Shown: one piece after another, positions 9,575-20,142 of the stretch | Layout of the letters: each line of letters begins with the position of its first letter | Position numbering within the stretch: position 1 is the first letter of the stretch | Assembly (NCBI GenBank): GCA_027340875.1 | Contig: DAIENX010000105.1 | Coordinates: forward strand, 1-42,866 | From: Elusimicrobiota bacterium | GTDB taxonomy: Bacteria; Elusimicrobiota; Elusimicrobia; Elusimicrobiales; UBA9959 | DNA length: 42,866 bases | Direction of reading: 5' to 3' | Notes under the pieces: model-generated | Databases searched by the model: none | Seen by the model: the letters and a program-made list of their open reading frames with translations, nothing else | Told to the model about the DNA's origin: nothing | Made by a program: the position numbers and the translations under genes

Positions 9575-9689
9575 GGTGTCAGCGTTCGGATGGCAGGGAT
9601 ATGGGCCGGAAGGCCTTCGCGCAGGGAGGCGCTTGCACAGCGCGCCGACCGCGTGCCTGACGGTCATATCCCTGCCATCCGCTGGCGCT
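9575..9689 (+). repeat. Structured intergenic element, copy A
   Basis: Perfect 17-bp inverted repeat 9587-9603/9665-9681, extendable with G-U pairs. Internal cores are shared with the element at 17849-17988. Confidence 0.75.
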
Positions 9690-9700
9690 CTGTAAGTCTG

Positions 9701-10183
9701 ATGACCTACTGCATAAATAAGCCGCTGGTGCTGGCGCTGGGCAATGACATGCTCGGGGACGACGGCGTGGCCTTCCACGCCGCCGTCGCCCTGCGGGAGG
9801 AGTTCGGGGACAGGGCGGATATCCTGCCCACCGGAGAGGCGGGCCTGCCGCTCCTTGACCACATGGCCGCCTACAGGAGGGTGCTGATACTCGACGCGGC
9901 CTATACGGGCCTCTGCCCGCCGGGCACCATACTTCGCTGGGACAGGGAGGATTTCAGGCGCTGCGTGGCGCCCTCACAGCACGCCGCCGGCCTGCCGCAG
10001 CTGCTGGACCTGGCCGAGCGCCTCGGGCTGGAGTTCCCTTCGGAACTCAGGGTGGTATGCATGGAAGTGCACGACCCCACCGTTTTCAGGGAATCCCTTA
10101 CCCCGGAAGCGAGGCGGGCGCTGCCGGACATGATCGCCGCTTCACGCGGCATCATCTCCTCCTGGACCGCGTCCCCCGTATAG
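9701..10183 (+). CDS. Hydrogenase maturation endopeptidase (HycI/HoxW family)
   Basis: LVLALGNDMLGDDGV, LILDA...PGTI, SQH motif; directly follows mvhA. ATG 9701 preferred over the ORF-track start. Confidence 0.88.
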   Translation: MTYCINKPLVLALGNDMLGDDGVAFHAAVALREEFGDRADILPTGEAGLPLLDHMAAYRRVLILDAAYTGLCPPGTILRWDREDFRRCVAPSQHAAGLPQLLDLAERLGLEFPSELRVVCMEVHDPTVFRESLTPEARRALPDMIAASRGIISSWTASPV

Positions 10184-10270
10184 GCTCCCCGCGCGCCGCT
10201 ACCGTTCCCTTTTTGATATCATTTCAATGCCCGCCGCCAGGCGGCAGGGTTCGCTTTGCGAGGGGGGAGC

Positions 10271-11017
10271 ATGAAAGCCACTTTCAAGAAAGGTTCGCTG
10301 ATAATGGAGGAGGGGAGCCGCGGCAGCGAGGCTTATCTCATCACCAGCGGCAAGGTGCGGGTCTTCCGCATGAAGGACGGGGTCAAGGTGCCTCTGGCCG
10401 TGCTGGGCAGGAACCAGATCTTCGGCGAGATGGGCATGCTGGACGACAGGCCGCGTTCGGCCAGTGTAGAGGCGCTGGAGGACACCGAGGCAGTGGTGGT
10501 CGGCCCTGACGAGTTCGCCTCCCTTTCCTCCTCAGACCCGGAGCTCTTCATGTTCATCCTGAAGACCATCTTCGAGCGGCTGCGCAGCGCCAATCAGAAG
10601 ATAATGGAACTGAGCGTCTCCCTGCCCGAGGAACAGTACGTCGAGGGGCGGGTGTTCCTGTCGGGGTTTACCGCCGAGGCCTCGGCCGCGCTGGGGAAGG
10701 CGGAGCTGGAGGTCAGGACTTTTCCGTTCAAGGTCGGACGGAAGACGGAGAATTTCGTGAACGACGCTTTGTCCCACAACGACCTCTATCTGCCGGACAA
10801 GGAGCCTTTCGGGGTCTCCAGGAACCATTTCTCCGTAGAATGCCGCGGCGCCTCTTTCTTCGTGGTGGACAGGGGCAGCCACTCCGGCACGCTGGTCAAC
10901 GGCGAGCGGATAGGCGGCTCTTCCGGCAGGAGGGAGCTGGAGCTTGCAAGCGGCGATAACACCGTGGAAGCGGGGCCGGAAGGCGGGCCCTTCAGGTTCA
11001 GGATAACGCTGAAGTGA
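10271..11017 (+). CDS. Cyclic-nucleotide-binding domain plus FHA domain protein
   Basis: N-terminal FGEMGMLDDRPRSASV (cNMP phosphate-binding cassette). C-terminal VGR...VSRNH...DRGSHSGTLVNG (FHA). SD precedes ATG 10271. Confidence 0.85.
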   Translation: MKATFKKGSLIMEEGSRGSEAYLITSGKVRVFRMKDGVKVPLAVLGRNQIFGEMGMLDDRPRSASVEALEDTEAVVVGPDEFASLSSSDPELFMFILKTIFERLRSANQKIMELSVSLPEEQYVEGRVFLSGFTAEASAALGKAELEVRTFPFKVGRKTENFVNDALSHNDLYLPDKEPFGVSRNHFSVECRGASFFVVDRGSHSGTLVNGERIGGSSGRRELELASGDNTVEAGPEGGPFRFRITLK

Positions 11018-11028
11018 GGCCGGCGGCG

Positions 11029-11063
11029 AAAAAAAAGCCCGGGAGAAGTCCCGGGCTTTTTTT
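11029..11063. terminator. Bidirectional rho-independent terminator
   Basis: A-run, gcccggga-gaag-tcccgggc hairpin, T-run, between convergent genes. Confidence 0.9.
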
Positions 11064-11077
11064 ATTCCCAGCAGGGC

Positions 11078-12505
11078 TCAGTAGCGGTAGTGCTCCGGCT
11101 TGTACGGACCTTCCTGCTTCACGCCGATGTAGTCTGCCTGCGCCTGCGTGAGCTTGGTCAGCTTCACGCCTATCTTCTCAAGGTGCAGGCGGGCCACCTC
11201 TTCGTCGAGGTGCTTCGGCAGGCGGTACACGCCGACGTCCATCTTCTTGGTCCAGAGCTCCAGCTGCGCGAGCGTCTGGTTGGAGAAGGAGTTGCTCATC
11301 ACGAAGGACGGGTGGCCCTTCGCGCAGCCCAGGTTCACGAGGCGCCCCTCGGCCAGCAGGTAGATGGCCTTGCCGCCGGGCAGGTCGTAGCGGTCCACCT
11401 GCGGCTTGATGTTGACGCGCTTGACGCCCTTGGCGTGGTTCAGCGCGTCCACCTGGATCTCGTTGTCGAAATGGCCGATGTTGCAGACTATGGCCTGGTC
11501 CTTCATCTTCAGGATATGCTCGAGGCGGATGATGTCCTTGTTGCCGGTGGTGGTGACGTAGATGTCGCCCTCTCCCAGCGTGTCCTCGACGGTCTTCACC
11601 TCGAAGCCCTCCATCGCGGCCTGCAGCGCGCAGATGGGGTCGATCTCGGTCACTATGACGCGCGCGCCGAAGCCGCGCAGCGACTTGGCCGAGCCCTTGC
11701 CCACGTCGCCGTAGCCGCAGACCACGGCCACCTTGCCGGCTATCATCACGTCGGTGGCGCGCTTGATGCCGTCCGCCAGCGACTCGCGGCAGCCGTAGAG
11801 GTTGTCGAACTTGGACTTGGTCACGGAATCGTTGACGTTGATGGCCGGGACCATCAGCTTGCCGGCCTCGTGCATCTGGTAGAGGCGGTGCACGCCGGTG
11901 GTGGTCTCCTCGGAGACGCCCTTCCAGTCCTTGGCGACGCCGTGCCAGCGCTTAGGGGAGGCCTTCAGTATGGCTTTAAGGCAGTTGTTGAGCTCCAGCT
12001 CGTCCTCGCCGGAGGTCTTCCTGTCGAGGACCTTGGCGTCGTTCTCGGCCTCGTAGCCGCGGTGTATCATCATCGTGGCGTCGCCGCCGTCGTCGACTAT
12101 CAGCTGCGGACCTTTGCCGCCGCCGAAGTCGAGCGCCCTTTCGGTGCACCACCAGTACTCGGCGAGCGTCTCGCCCTTCCAGGCGAACACCGGGATGCCG
12201 GCCTTGGCTATAGCGGCCGCGGCCTGGTCCTGCGTGGAGAAGATGTTGCACGAGCACCAGCGCACTTCGGCGCCGAGGGCGGAGAGCGTCTCTATCAGCA
12301 CGGCGGTCTGCGTGGTCATGTGCAGCGAGCCCATCACGCGCGCGCCCTTCAGGGGCTTCTTGGAGGAATACTTCTCGCGGATGGCCATCAGGCCGGGCAT
12401 TTCCTTCTCGGCTATCTCTATCTCTTTGCGGCCCCAATCGGCCAGCGAGATATCCTTGACCTTGAAATCGTTCTTCATGGCTGTCCTCTCTTTAACTTCG
12501 GGCAT
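11078..12505 (-). CDS. ahcY: Adenosylhomocysteinase (SAH hydrolase)
   Basis: [61 protein letters not shown]. Start at 12505 chosen for its AGGAG SD; 12478 is an alternative. Confidence 0.97.
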   Translation of the reverse strand: MPEVKERTAMKNDFKVKDISLADWGRKEIEIAEKEMPGLMAIREKYSSKKPLKGARVMGSLHMTTQTAVLIETLSALGAEVRWCSCNIFSTQDQAAAAIAKAGIPVFAWKGETLAEYWWCTERALDFGGGKGPQLIVDDGGDATMMIHRGYEAENDAKVLDRKTSGEDELELNNCLKAILKASPKRWHGVAKDWKGVSEETTTGVHRLYQMHEAGKLMVPAINVNDSVTKSKFDNLYGCRESLADGIKRATDVMIAGKVAVVCGYGDVGKGSAKSLRGFGARVIVTEIDPICALQAAMEGFEVKTVEDTLGEGDIYVTTTGNKDIIRLEHILKMKDQAIVCNIGHFDNEIQVDALNHAKGVKRVNIKPQVDRYDLPGGKAIYLLAEGRLVNLGCAKGHPSFVMSNSFSNQTLAQLELWTKKMDVGVYRLPKHLDEEVARLHLEKIGVKLTKLTQAQADYIGVKQEGPYKPEHYRY

Positions 12506-12600
12506 GGGTTTCTCCTGTCTCACCGGTATACAGCTAGTATATCTTTTTCTCCGGGCCCGGGGGAATAGCGGGCAGGGCCCCCGTTTTGTACAATTTCCTC

Positions 12601-13320
12601 ATGAAACTCAGGAAATTGCTGCTTTTAGCCGCCGTTCCGCTGCTCCTGGCCGCTCCCGCTCTCTGCGGGGAATGGGTGGTTGAGCATACTACCTATTATA
12701 TAACCGCCGACCAGCAGCAGTTACCCGACTTCCCGCCGCCTCCGGCGCCGGGCTCCCCGGCGGACAGGGCGGACCTCAAGGCCGTCTTCGACTGGCAGGT
12801 GAAGCATACGGAGGCGCAGTGCGAGGCCGTCAGGGCCCAGCGCTACGCCCGCTTCAACGAGTTCTTCGGGGACATCAGCCCGTTCCCGTCACCGCTGCCG
12901 GAGGAGGCCGAGGCCGTCTTCAAGCGGGTCAGGAAGGAGACGGACGGGGTGGTGGTGTACCTGAAGGAGCGGTTCAACAGGCCGCGCCCGTTCCTGCGCG
13001 ACCCCGCGCTGCAGCCCTGCGCCGGCCGCGACGGCGGCCTTTCCTACCCCAGCGGGCATTCGACCATCTCCAGGGTATTCGGCCTCATCCTCTCCGACCT
13101 CGTGCCGGCGAGGCGGACCGAGTTCATGAAGCGCGCCGACCAGGCCGCCCTTAACAGGGTCATAGGCGGCGTGCACCATCCCTCGGACATCGAGGCCGGC
13201 AAGAAGCTCGGCGACCTGCTTTACGCCAAATACAGGAAGAGCAAGACCTTCCAGGCCGACATGAAGGAACTGAAGCGCCTGCTGGCCAAACCGGCCGCCG
13301 CGGCAAAGGCGGCCCGATGA
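12601..13320 (+). CDS. Secreted PAP2-family (class A non-specific) acid phosphatase
   Basis: Signal peptide; K..F.RPRP, SYPSGH, R..GGVHHPSDI motifs. Confidence 0.9.
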   Translation: MKLRKLLLLAAVPLLLAAPALCGEWVVEHTTYYITADQQQLPDFPPPPAPGSPADRADLKAVFDWQVKHTEAQCEAVRAQRYARFNEFFGDISPFPSPLPEEAEAVFKRVRKETDGVVVYLKERFNRPRPFLRDPALQPCAGRDGGLSYPSGHSTISRVFGLILSDLVPARRTEFMKRADQAALNRVIGGVHHPSDIEAGKKLGDLLYAKYRKSKTFQADMKELKRLLAKPAAAAKAAR

Positions 13321-13679
13321 GCGCCGATAACGGCAGGCTGGTCTATTCCACGGGGCCCGGCGGGCCGGTAAAATGCCCCAACTGCGGCAAGCTGCCTTGC
13401 GAATGCGCGGAAGGCCTGGCCGGCGAGCTGCGAAAACGGACGCAGACGGAGCCGGTAAGGGTCTCGTTCCGGAAGACCGGCAAAGGCAGCGGCATGACCT
13501 ACGTCGAAAAGCTCCCTATGCACCCGGAGGGGAAGGAAGAGCTGCTGAGGAAGTTCAAGAAGCGGCTCGGCGCCGGCGGGGCCGTGAAGAACGGCGCGCT
13601 GGAGATACAGGGCGACAGGCGGGATTTCGTGAAGGCGGAGCTCGAGGCCGCCGGCTACAAGGTCAGGCTCATCGGCTGA
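13317..13679 (+). CDS. yciH: SUI1-family translation initiation factor-like protein
   Basis: LVYST, CPNC..C.C, KKRLGAGGAVKNGALEIQGD. Confidence 0.88.
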   Translation: MSADNGRLVYSTGPGGPVKCPNCGKLPCECAEGLAGELRKRTQTEPVRVSFRKTGKGSGMTYVEKLPMHPEGKEELLRKFKKRLGAGGAVKNGALEIQGDRRDFVKAELEAAGYKVRLIG

Positions 13680-13688
13680 GCCAGCCGC

Positions 13689-15557
13689 TCAGGCCGCTTC
13701 CCAGTACCACTCTATCTGCGACGGGTTCGGGGCCCCGTCCTTGGTTCTGTCCTCGCCCGACTGGTCCATGCGCGGCAGGATATCCCGCATCTTCCAGCTT
13801 TCGTTCTGCCTGCCGAACACCCAGTATTCCGTGAAGGGCTCGGGCGAAGAGTCGTGGTGCAGCTCCCTGCCGTTGCGGCGCATCGAGCGCTGGGCGGTGG
13901 CGGTTATCCTCGCGGTGAACTCGTCCAGGCGCAGGGGGTTCTTCTCCGCCGGGGACGTCAGGACCACCTCGGCGCGGCGCGTGTAGAAGCTGTCGAGCCC
14001 GAACGTGATGCCTTCCGCCTTCCGCGCGTCCATCAGCCTGCGCAGCTTGGCCAGGGCCTCGGCAGAGACGAAGTCCGCGCTCAGGCCGCCCGGATCGTTG
14101 GCTCCCCAGGCCGTATAGATGCTCTCGAAAGCCAGCGTGGCCGCTATCTCCATCTTCTGGCGGTCCCAGCGGGAAGCGGCGGTGACGTTGCGGGCGGAGG
14201 CGGCCGGCAGCGGGTCCTGCCGGTGTGGGCGGAAGCCGCTCCCAGGGCCTTCCGCCGGCAGCACCGGCGGGCGCATCGGGGGAGAGGCGAGCGGAACGTC
14301 CCCGGGATGCCCCATGGGCATGGGGAAAGCGCCAGGGTCGCCGAGCGCGGCCACGGCCGCCGCGCCGGCCGTCCGGACGGAGGCCGGCCTGTCCGCGAGG
14401 CCCTCGGTCCTGTTGGGCGCGCCGAGGTAATCCGTCTCGCCCACCTGGTCTATCCTGGCCAGGGCCCAGCGGTCGTTAAGCTGGTGGAAGGTCCAGAACT
14501 CCTGAAAGTCGGAGGAGAGCCTGCTGCCGCTGATCAGCGAGCCGGTGCTCTCGTCTATGGTATAGTCCCTGGCCGACGCGGTTATCAGCGCGGTGAAGGC
14601 GCGGCCTTCCTTTTCGGCCGGGCAGCTTACGTGGACGAAATCTATGCGCGTGACCGACACGTCCTCCATCATGTTGATCTCGCCGCGCCGGCGCATGTTC
14701 TCGACCTTAGAACTGTGGCCGGCGCGCAGGTACGGGAGCATGATGTCCTCCAGGCCGCTGTAATCCCTTTTCTGCCAGGCGTCCTGCACCTTGAAGAAGA
14801 TGTCCCTGACCACGCCGCGCAGCGGCTCCGGAGCGAATTCCGGGGCGGAGGGGGCTAGGCTCTCCATCAGCGCGGCGGTCTCGCCGGCCTTGGCCGCCAC
14901 CGCGCTCTGCGGGAGCTTGCCGCCTCCTGACCGGCTTCCGCCGTACAGGTTCTGTCCCGCCCATTTGAAGGCCAGGACCACCAGCATGAGGCCGTAGAAG
15001 ATGTAATCGAAAAGAGTGGTCTTGCGGCTGTGATAGCGGCCGCCGTAGTAATGTCCGCCTCCGCCGAAGCCGCCTCCCTTGTTGTGGACTATGAAGCCCC
15101 CGGCGATGAAGGTGTGCGGCGGCGCGACCTCCAGGTTGTAAACCTCGGCCACGCCGGCCGGTTTGATGGACTTTATCCGGGCCCAGACCCGTTCGCCCTC
15201 CTGGAGGACCGCCACTGCCCCGCCCTTCTCCAGGTTCCTGACCTCGGCGAAGCCGTAACGGGTCAGCAGCGGATGTTCCGCGGTGGCCACCAGGCTGCCG
15301 CGGCTGGTCGCTATCTTCACGAGGCGGTCGGTCTTCTTGATGAACTTCAGCACCTCGATCTTCACGAAACGGTCGTTGGAGAAAGCGAGCACGGTGTCCC
15401 CGGGGCGGACCCTCTCTATCGGGACGTCGCCGGCCGGGGTGAGGATGGGAGTGCCGGCGGGGAAGCAGCCGCCTCCCCCGCCTCCTCCTCCCCCGGCGCG
15501 GGGCCAGGCGGGGGCGGCGGCCATCAGCAGCGCCGCCGAGAGGAAGAGCCCTTTCAT
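13689..15557 (-). CDS. Exported membrane protein: signal peptide, poly-Gly, Hint (intein-like) domain, TM, two Tim44-like domains
   Basis: Hint blocks CFPAGT, TAEH, VYNLEV, FIVHN; TM LFDYIFYGLMLVVLAF; two repeats of (Q/Y).AW...D ... F.E(F/Y)W.F......W....I. Confidence 0.85.
   Translation of the reverse strand: MKGLFLSAALLMAAAPAWPRAGGGGGGGGGCFPAGTPILTPAGDVPIERVRPGDTVLAFSNDRFVKIEVLKFIKKTDRLVKIATSRGSLVATAEHPLLTRYGFAEVRNLEKGGAVAVLQEGERVWARIKSIKPAGVAEVYNLEVAPPHTFIAGGFIVHNKGGGFGGGGHYYGGRYHSRKTTLFDYIFYGLMLVVLAFKWAGQNLYGGSRSGGGKLPQSAVAAKAGETAALMESLAPSAPEFAPEPLRGVVRDIFFKVQDAWQKRDYSGLEDIMLPYLRAGHSSKVENMRRRGEINMMEDVSVTRIDFVHVSCPAEKEGRAFTALITASARDYTIDESTGSLISGSRLSSDFQEFWTFHQLNDRWALARIDQVGETDYLGAPNRTEGLADRPASVRTAGAAAVAALGDPGAFPMPMGHPGDVPLASPPMRPPVLPAEGPGSGFRPHRQDPLPAASARNVTAASRWDRQKMEIAATLAFESIYTAWGANDPGGLSADFVSAEALAKLRRLMDARKAEGITFGLDSFYTRRAEVVLTSPAEKNPLRLDEFTARITATAQRSMRRNGRELHHDSSPEPFTEYWVFGRQNESWKMRDILPRMDQSGEDRTKDGAPNPSQIEWYWEAA
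15081..15467 (-). other. Hint / bacterial intein-like domain, 129 aa (C31-N159), no homing endonuclease
   Basis: N-terminal Cys, TxxH, terminal His-Asn; the +1 residue is Lys. Confidence 0.88.
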
Positions 15558-15826
15558 CAGTAAAGCGCCGCGATGAGACCGCCGAGCACGGCGGCCGCGA
15601 TGATGATGCTGACACCGAGTATGGCGGCGGACACGATGCGGCCGAAATAGTCCGCCACCGCCCTGTTGCCGCGCAGTATCTCCTTGCCCTCGTCCAGCTC
15701 GGGCGTGAACTTGTCGAATACGGCCGGGAGATGCGCCGATATCCAGATCAGCAGGAAAGCTCCCGCCAGGCCGCCGGCCAGCGCGAAGAAGAGCGCCCAG
15801 GCCACGTTTATTATGGTGCTGAACAT
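15557..15826 (-). CDS. Small membrane protein, DUF350/YjfL-like
   Basis: Two TM helices flanking FDKFTPELDEGKEILRGNRAVA (DUF350-like pattern, recognised by eye). Its stop overlaps the next start (TGATG); SD GGAGG. Confidence 0.7.
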   Translation of the reverse strand: MFSTIINVAWALFFALAGGLAGAFLLIWISAHLPAVFDKFTPELDEGKEILRGNRAVADYFGRIVSAAILGVSIIIAAAVLGGLIAALY

Positions 15827-15831
15827 AGTCC

Positions 15832-15879
15832 GACCTCCGTGAACTCGCGGGCCGCTAGCGGCCTTCGCTCACCGAAGTC
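15832..15879 (-). promoter_or_regulatory. 5' hairpin overlapping the SD of the DUF350-Hint operon
   Basis: On the minus strand, gacuucggugag...uucacggagguc pairs with G-U wobbles; inner ggccgc-ua-gcggcc; the 3' arm contains GGAGG. Confidence 0.45.
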
Positions 15880-16020
15880 TACATTTTTTGCCGGCGCAAA
15901 GAAAGACGAGCGGCTAAAATGGTAAAATATATACGACAGGCAGTTCCGGCATCCTGACCCGCAGTTCATCAGTTCCCGGCGAATTTTACTGCTTTCGCGC
16001 CCCCGGGGCGCCGCGCTTCT

Positions 16021-17832
<1,812 letters not shown>

Positions 17833-17848
17833 GCGGATTGAGAGACAT

Positions 17849-17988
17849 TCAGCGTAACGGGCTGAGGGGAATAGTCCGGAAGGCCGTCGCGCAGGCCGAG
17901 GCTTGCGAAGCGCCGAGGCCGAGTGTCGAGGCGCGGCCACGGTGTGGCCGACGCCGTGCCTGACGGACTATTCCCCGAAGACCGTACG
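17849..17988 (+). repeat. Structured intergenic element, copy B
   Basis: Perfect 13-bp inverted repeat 17866-17878/17964-17976. Cores are 19/20 and 18/20 identical to copy A. Confidence 0.75.
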
Positions 17989-18013
17989 GGATTTCAAGGA
18001 GCGAACGAAGTAA

Positions 18014-19861
18014 ATGCAACAAGATAACGCCAAGCGCAGGCAGGACCTGCGCAATATAGCCATCATAGCCCACGTCGACCACGGCAAGACCACCCTCGTC
18101 GACGCCATGCTCAAGCAGACCGGCGCCTTCACCGACAAGGCCGGCGAGGAGGCCATCTGCATCATGGACTCCAACGACCTCGAGCGCGAGCGCGGCATAA
18201 CCATCCTCTCGAAGAACACCTCTGTGCGTTACGGCGATACCACGATACACATCGTGGACACCCCCGGCCACGCCGACTTCGGCAGCGAGGTCGAGCGTGT
18301 GCTGCGCATGGTGGACGGCGTGCTGCTGCTAGTGGACGCGCTCGACGGCCCGATGCCACAGACCCGCTTCGTCCTCAAGAAATCCCTCGCGCTCGGCCTG
18401 CGCCCGATAGTCGTCATCAACAAGGTGGACCGCCCCAACTGCGACCCGCACGCGGCCCTTGACAAGGTCTTCGCGCTGTTCATGGAGCTCGGCGCCACCG
18501 ACGCGCAGCTCGACTTCCCGGTGATCTACGCCGTGGGCCGCGACGGCTGGGCTTCGCACGACCACAATGTGAAGACCCACGACCTCAGGGAGCTTTTCGA
18601 GGCCATCATAAAACACGTCCCCGGTCCGCTGGACCTGGAGGACTCTCCGCTGCGCATGCTGGTCACCATACTCGACTACAGCTCCTATACCGGCCGCATC
18701 GGCATCGGGCGCATCGTCCAGGGCAGGATAGCCGCGGGCCAGCAGGTGGCCATGGGCTCTCCCTCGAAGACGCCCGCTAACCGCAAGGTCATGCAGCTGA
18801 TGGGCTACAGGGGGCTTGAGCGCGTAAATATCAAGGAGGCGCGCGCGGGCGACATAGTGGCCGTGGCCGGGCTCGAGGGCATAGAAGTGGGGGACACGGT
18901 AAGCGACGCCGAGAACCCCGGGGTCCTCCCCACGCTGGAAATAGAGCAGCCCACGCTCTCCATGGAGTTCTACGCCAACGACGGCCCGTTCTCCGGCCGC
19001 GAGGGCAAGTTCGTCACCGCCACGCAGATCCGCGACCGTCTCCTGCGCGAGCAGGAGACCAATGTAGGCCTCAGGGTGGAGGAGATGCCCGCCGGCGGCT
19101 TCAAGGTCAGCGGCCGCGGCGAGCTGCACCTTTCGATACTCATCGAGACCATGCGCCGCGAGGGCTACGAGCTCTGCCTCTCGAAGATGGCGGTGATCAC
19201 GCACGTGGAGAACGGCGTGACGGTGGAGCCAGTGGAGATGCTCCTGCTCGACGCTCCCGCGGAGTTTCAGGGCGCCGTGATGACGGCCATGGGCCAGCGC
19301 GGCGCGCAGATGAAGGACATGCAGACCGGGGACGACGGCCGCGTGCGTTTCGAGTACATCATCTCTTCCCGGGCGCTGATAGGCTTCAAGGGAGAGTTCA
19401 TGACCTCTACCCGCGGCTCGGGCCTGATGCACCACAATTTCCACGGCTTCCTGCCCGAGGGCTCCTTCAGCCTTCCGCAGCGCAACGGCGTCTTCGTGGC
19501 CAAGGAGTCCGGCAAGACCGCCAGCTACGCGCTCAACAGCCTGCAGGACCACGGTACCATGTTCGTGGCCCCCGGCGAGGACGTCTACGCGGGGCAGATA
19601 GTGGGCGAGAACTGCCGCAGCAACGACCTGGTGGCAAACCCCTGCAAGGAGAAGAAGCAGACCAACATGCGGTCTTCTACCTCCGACGCCTCCGTAATGC
19701 TCACGCCGCCGCGCGTGATGAGCCTGGAACAGGCGATAGAATACGTCGAGGAGGACGAGTTCGTGGAAGTCACCCCGAAGAGCATCCGCCTGCGCAAGAA
19801 GATCCTCGACCACAGCCAGCGCAAGCGCGTGGACCGCGGCGACGAGGTAATGGATACCTGA
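18014..19861 (+). CDS. typA: Translational GTPase TypA/BipA
   Basis: [64 protein letters not shown]. Confidence 0.97.
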   Translation: MQQDNAKRRQDLRNIAIIAHVDHGKTTLVDAMLKQTGAFTDKAGEEAICIMDSNDLERERGITILSKNTSVRYGDTTIHIVDTPGHADFGSEVERVLRMVDGVLLLVDALDGPMPQTRFVLKKSLALGLRPIVVINKVDRPNCDPHAALDKVFALFMELGATDAQLDFPVIYAVGRDGWASHDHNVKTHDLRELFEAIIKHVPGPLDLEDSPLRMLVTILDYSSYTGRIGIGRIVQGRIAAGQQVAMGSPSKTPANRKVMQLMGYRGLERVNIKEARAGDIVAVAGLEGIEVGDTVSDAENPGVLPTLEIEQPTLSMEFYANDGPFSGREGKFVTATQIRDRLLREQETNVGLRVEEMPAGGFKVSGRGELHLSILIETMRREGYELCLSKMAVITHVENGVTVEPVEMLLLDAPAEFQGAVMTAMGQRGAQMKDMQTGDDGRVRFEYIISSRALIGFKGEFMTSTRGSGLMHHNFHGFLPEGSFSLPQRNGVFVAKESGKTASYALNSLQDHGTMFVAPGEDVYAGQIVGENCRSNDLVANPCKEKKQTNMRSSTSDASVMLTPPRVMSLEQAIEYVEEDEFVEVTPKSIRLRKKILDHSQRKRVDRGDEVMDT

Positions 19862-20142
19862 TGGATCCCGCTATCGGCATCGGCGAGCTGGCCGGGACCG
19901 CCGCCGCCGGCAAGGCCGGCGGGCTGCTCTCCGGCATGACCGCCGGCAGCATGATAGCCGCGCTGTTCTTCTCGCTGGTGGGCCTGGTCTACCTCAAGCA
20001 GGGGCGCGCCTCCGCCGACGTGCCTAAGATAGCCTGCGGAGTCGGCCTGCTCTGCTACACCCTCTTCGTCTCGGGAACCCTCTACACGGTGCTCGTGGGC
20101 ACGGCGCTGGCGGCGCTTCCCTTCCTGCTGGACAGGTTCTGA
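19861..20142 (+). CDS. Small hypothetical membrane protein
   Basis: About three hydrophobic segments; translationally coupled (TGATG) on both sides. Confidence 0.7.
   Translation: MDPAIGIGELAGTAAAGKAGGLLSGMTAGSMIAALFFSLVGLVYLKQGRASADVPKIACGVGLLCYTLFVSGTLYTVLVGTALAALPFLLDRF

Noticed and set aside
9575..9689. NiCo riboswitch or SRP RNA interpretation of the structured element
   Set aside because: It lacks the conserved junction sequences I recall for NiCo and the CAGG...GGAAGCAG pattern of SRP. A homologous copy sits before typA.
15081..15467. Canonical intein or polymorphic-toxin pre-toxin Hint
   Set aside because: The +1 residue is Lys, there is no endonuclease, and a TM helix and Tim44-like domains follow rather than a toxin domain and immunity gene.
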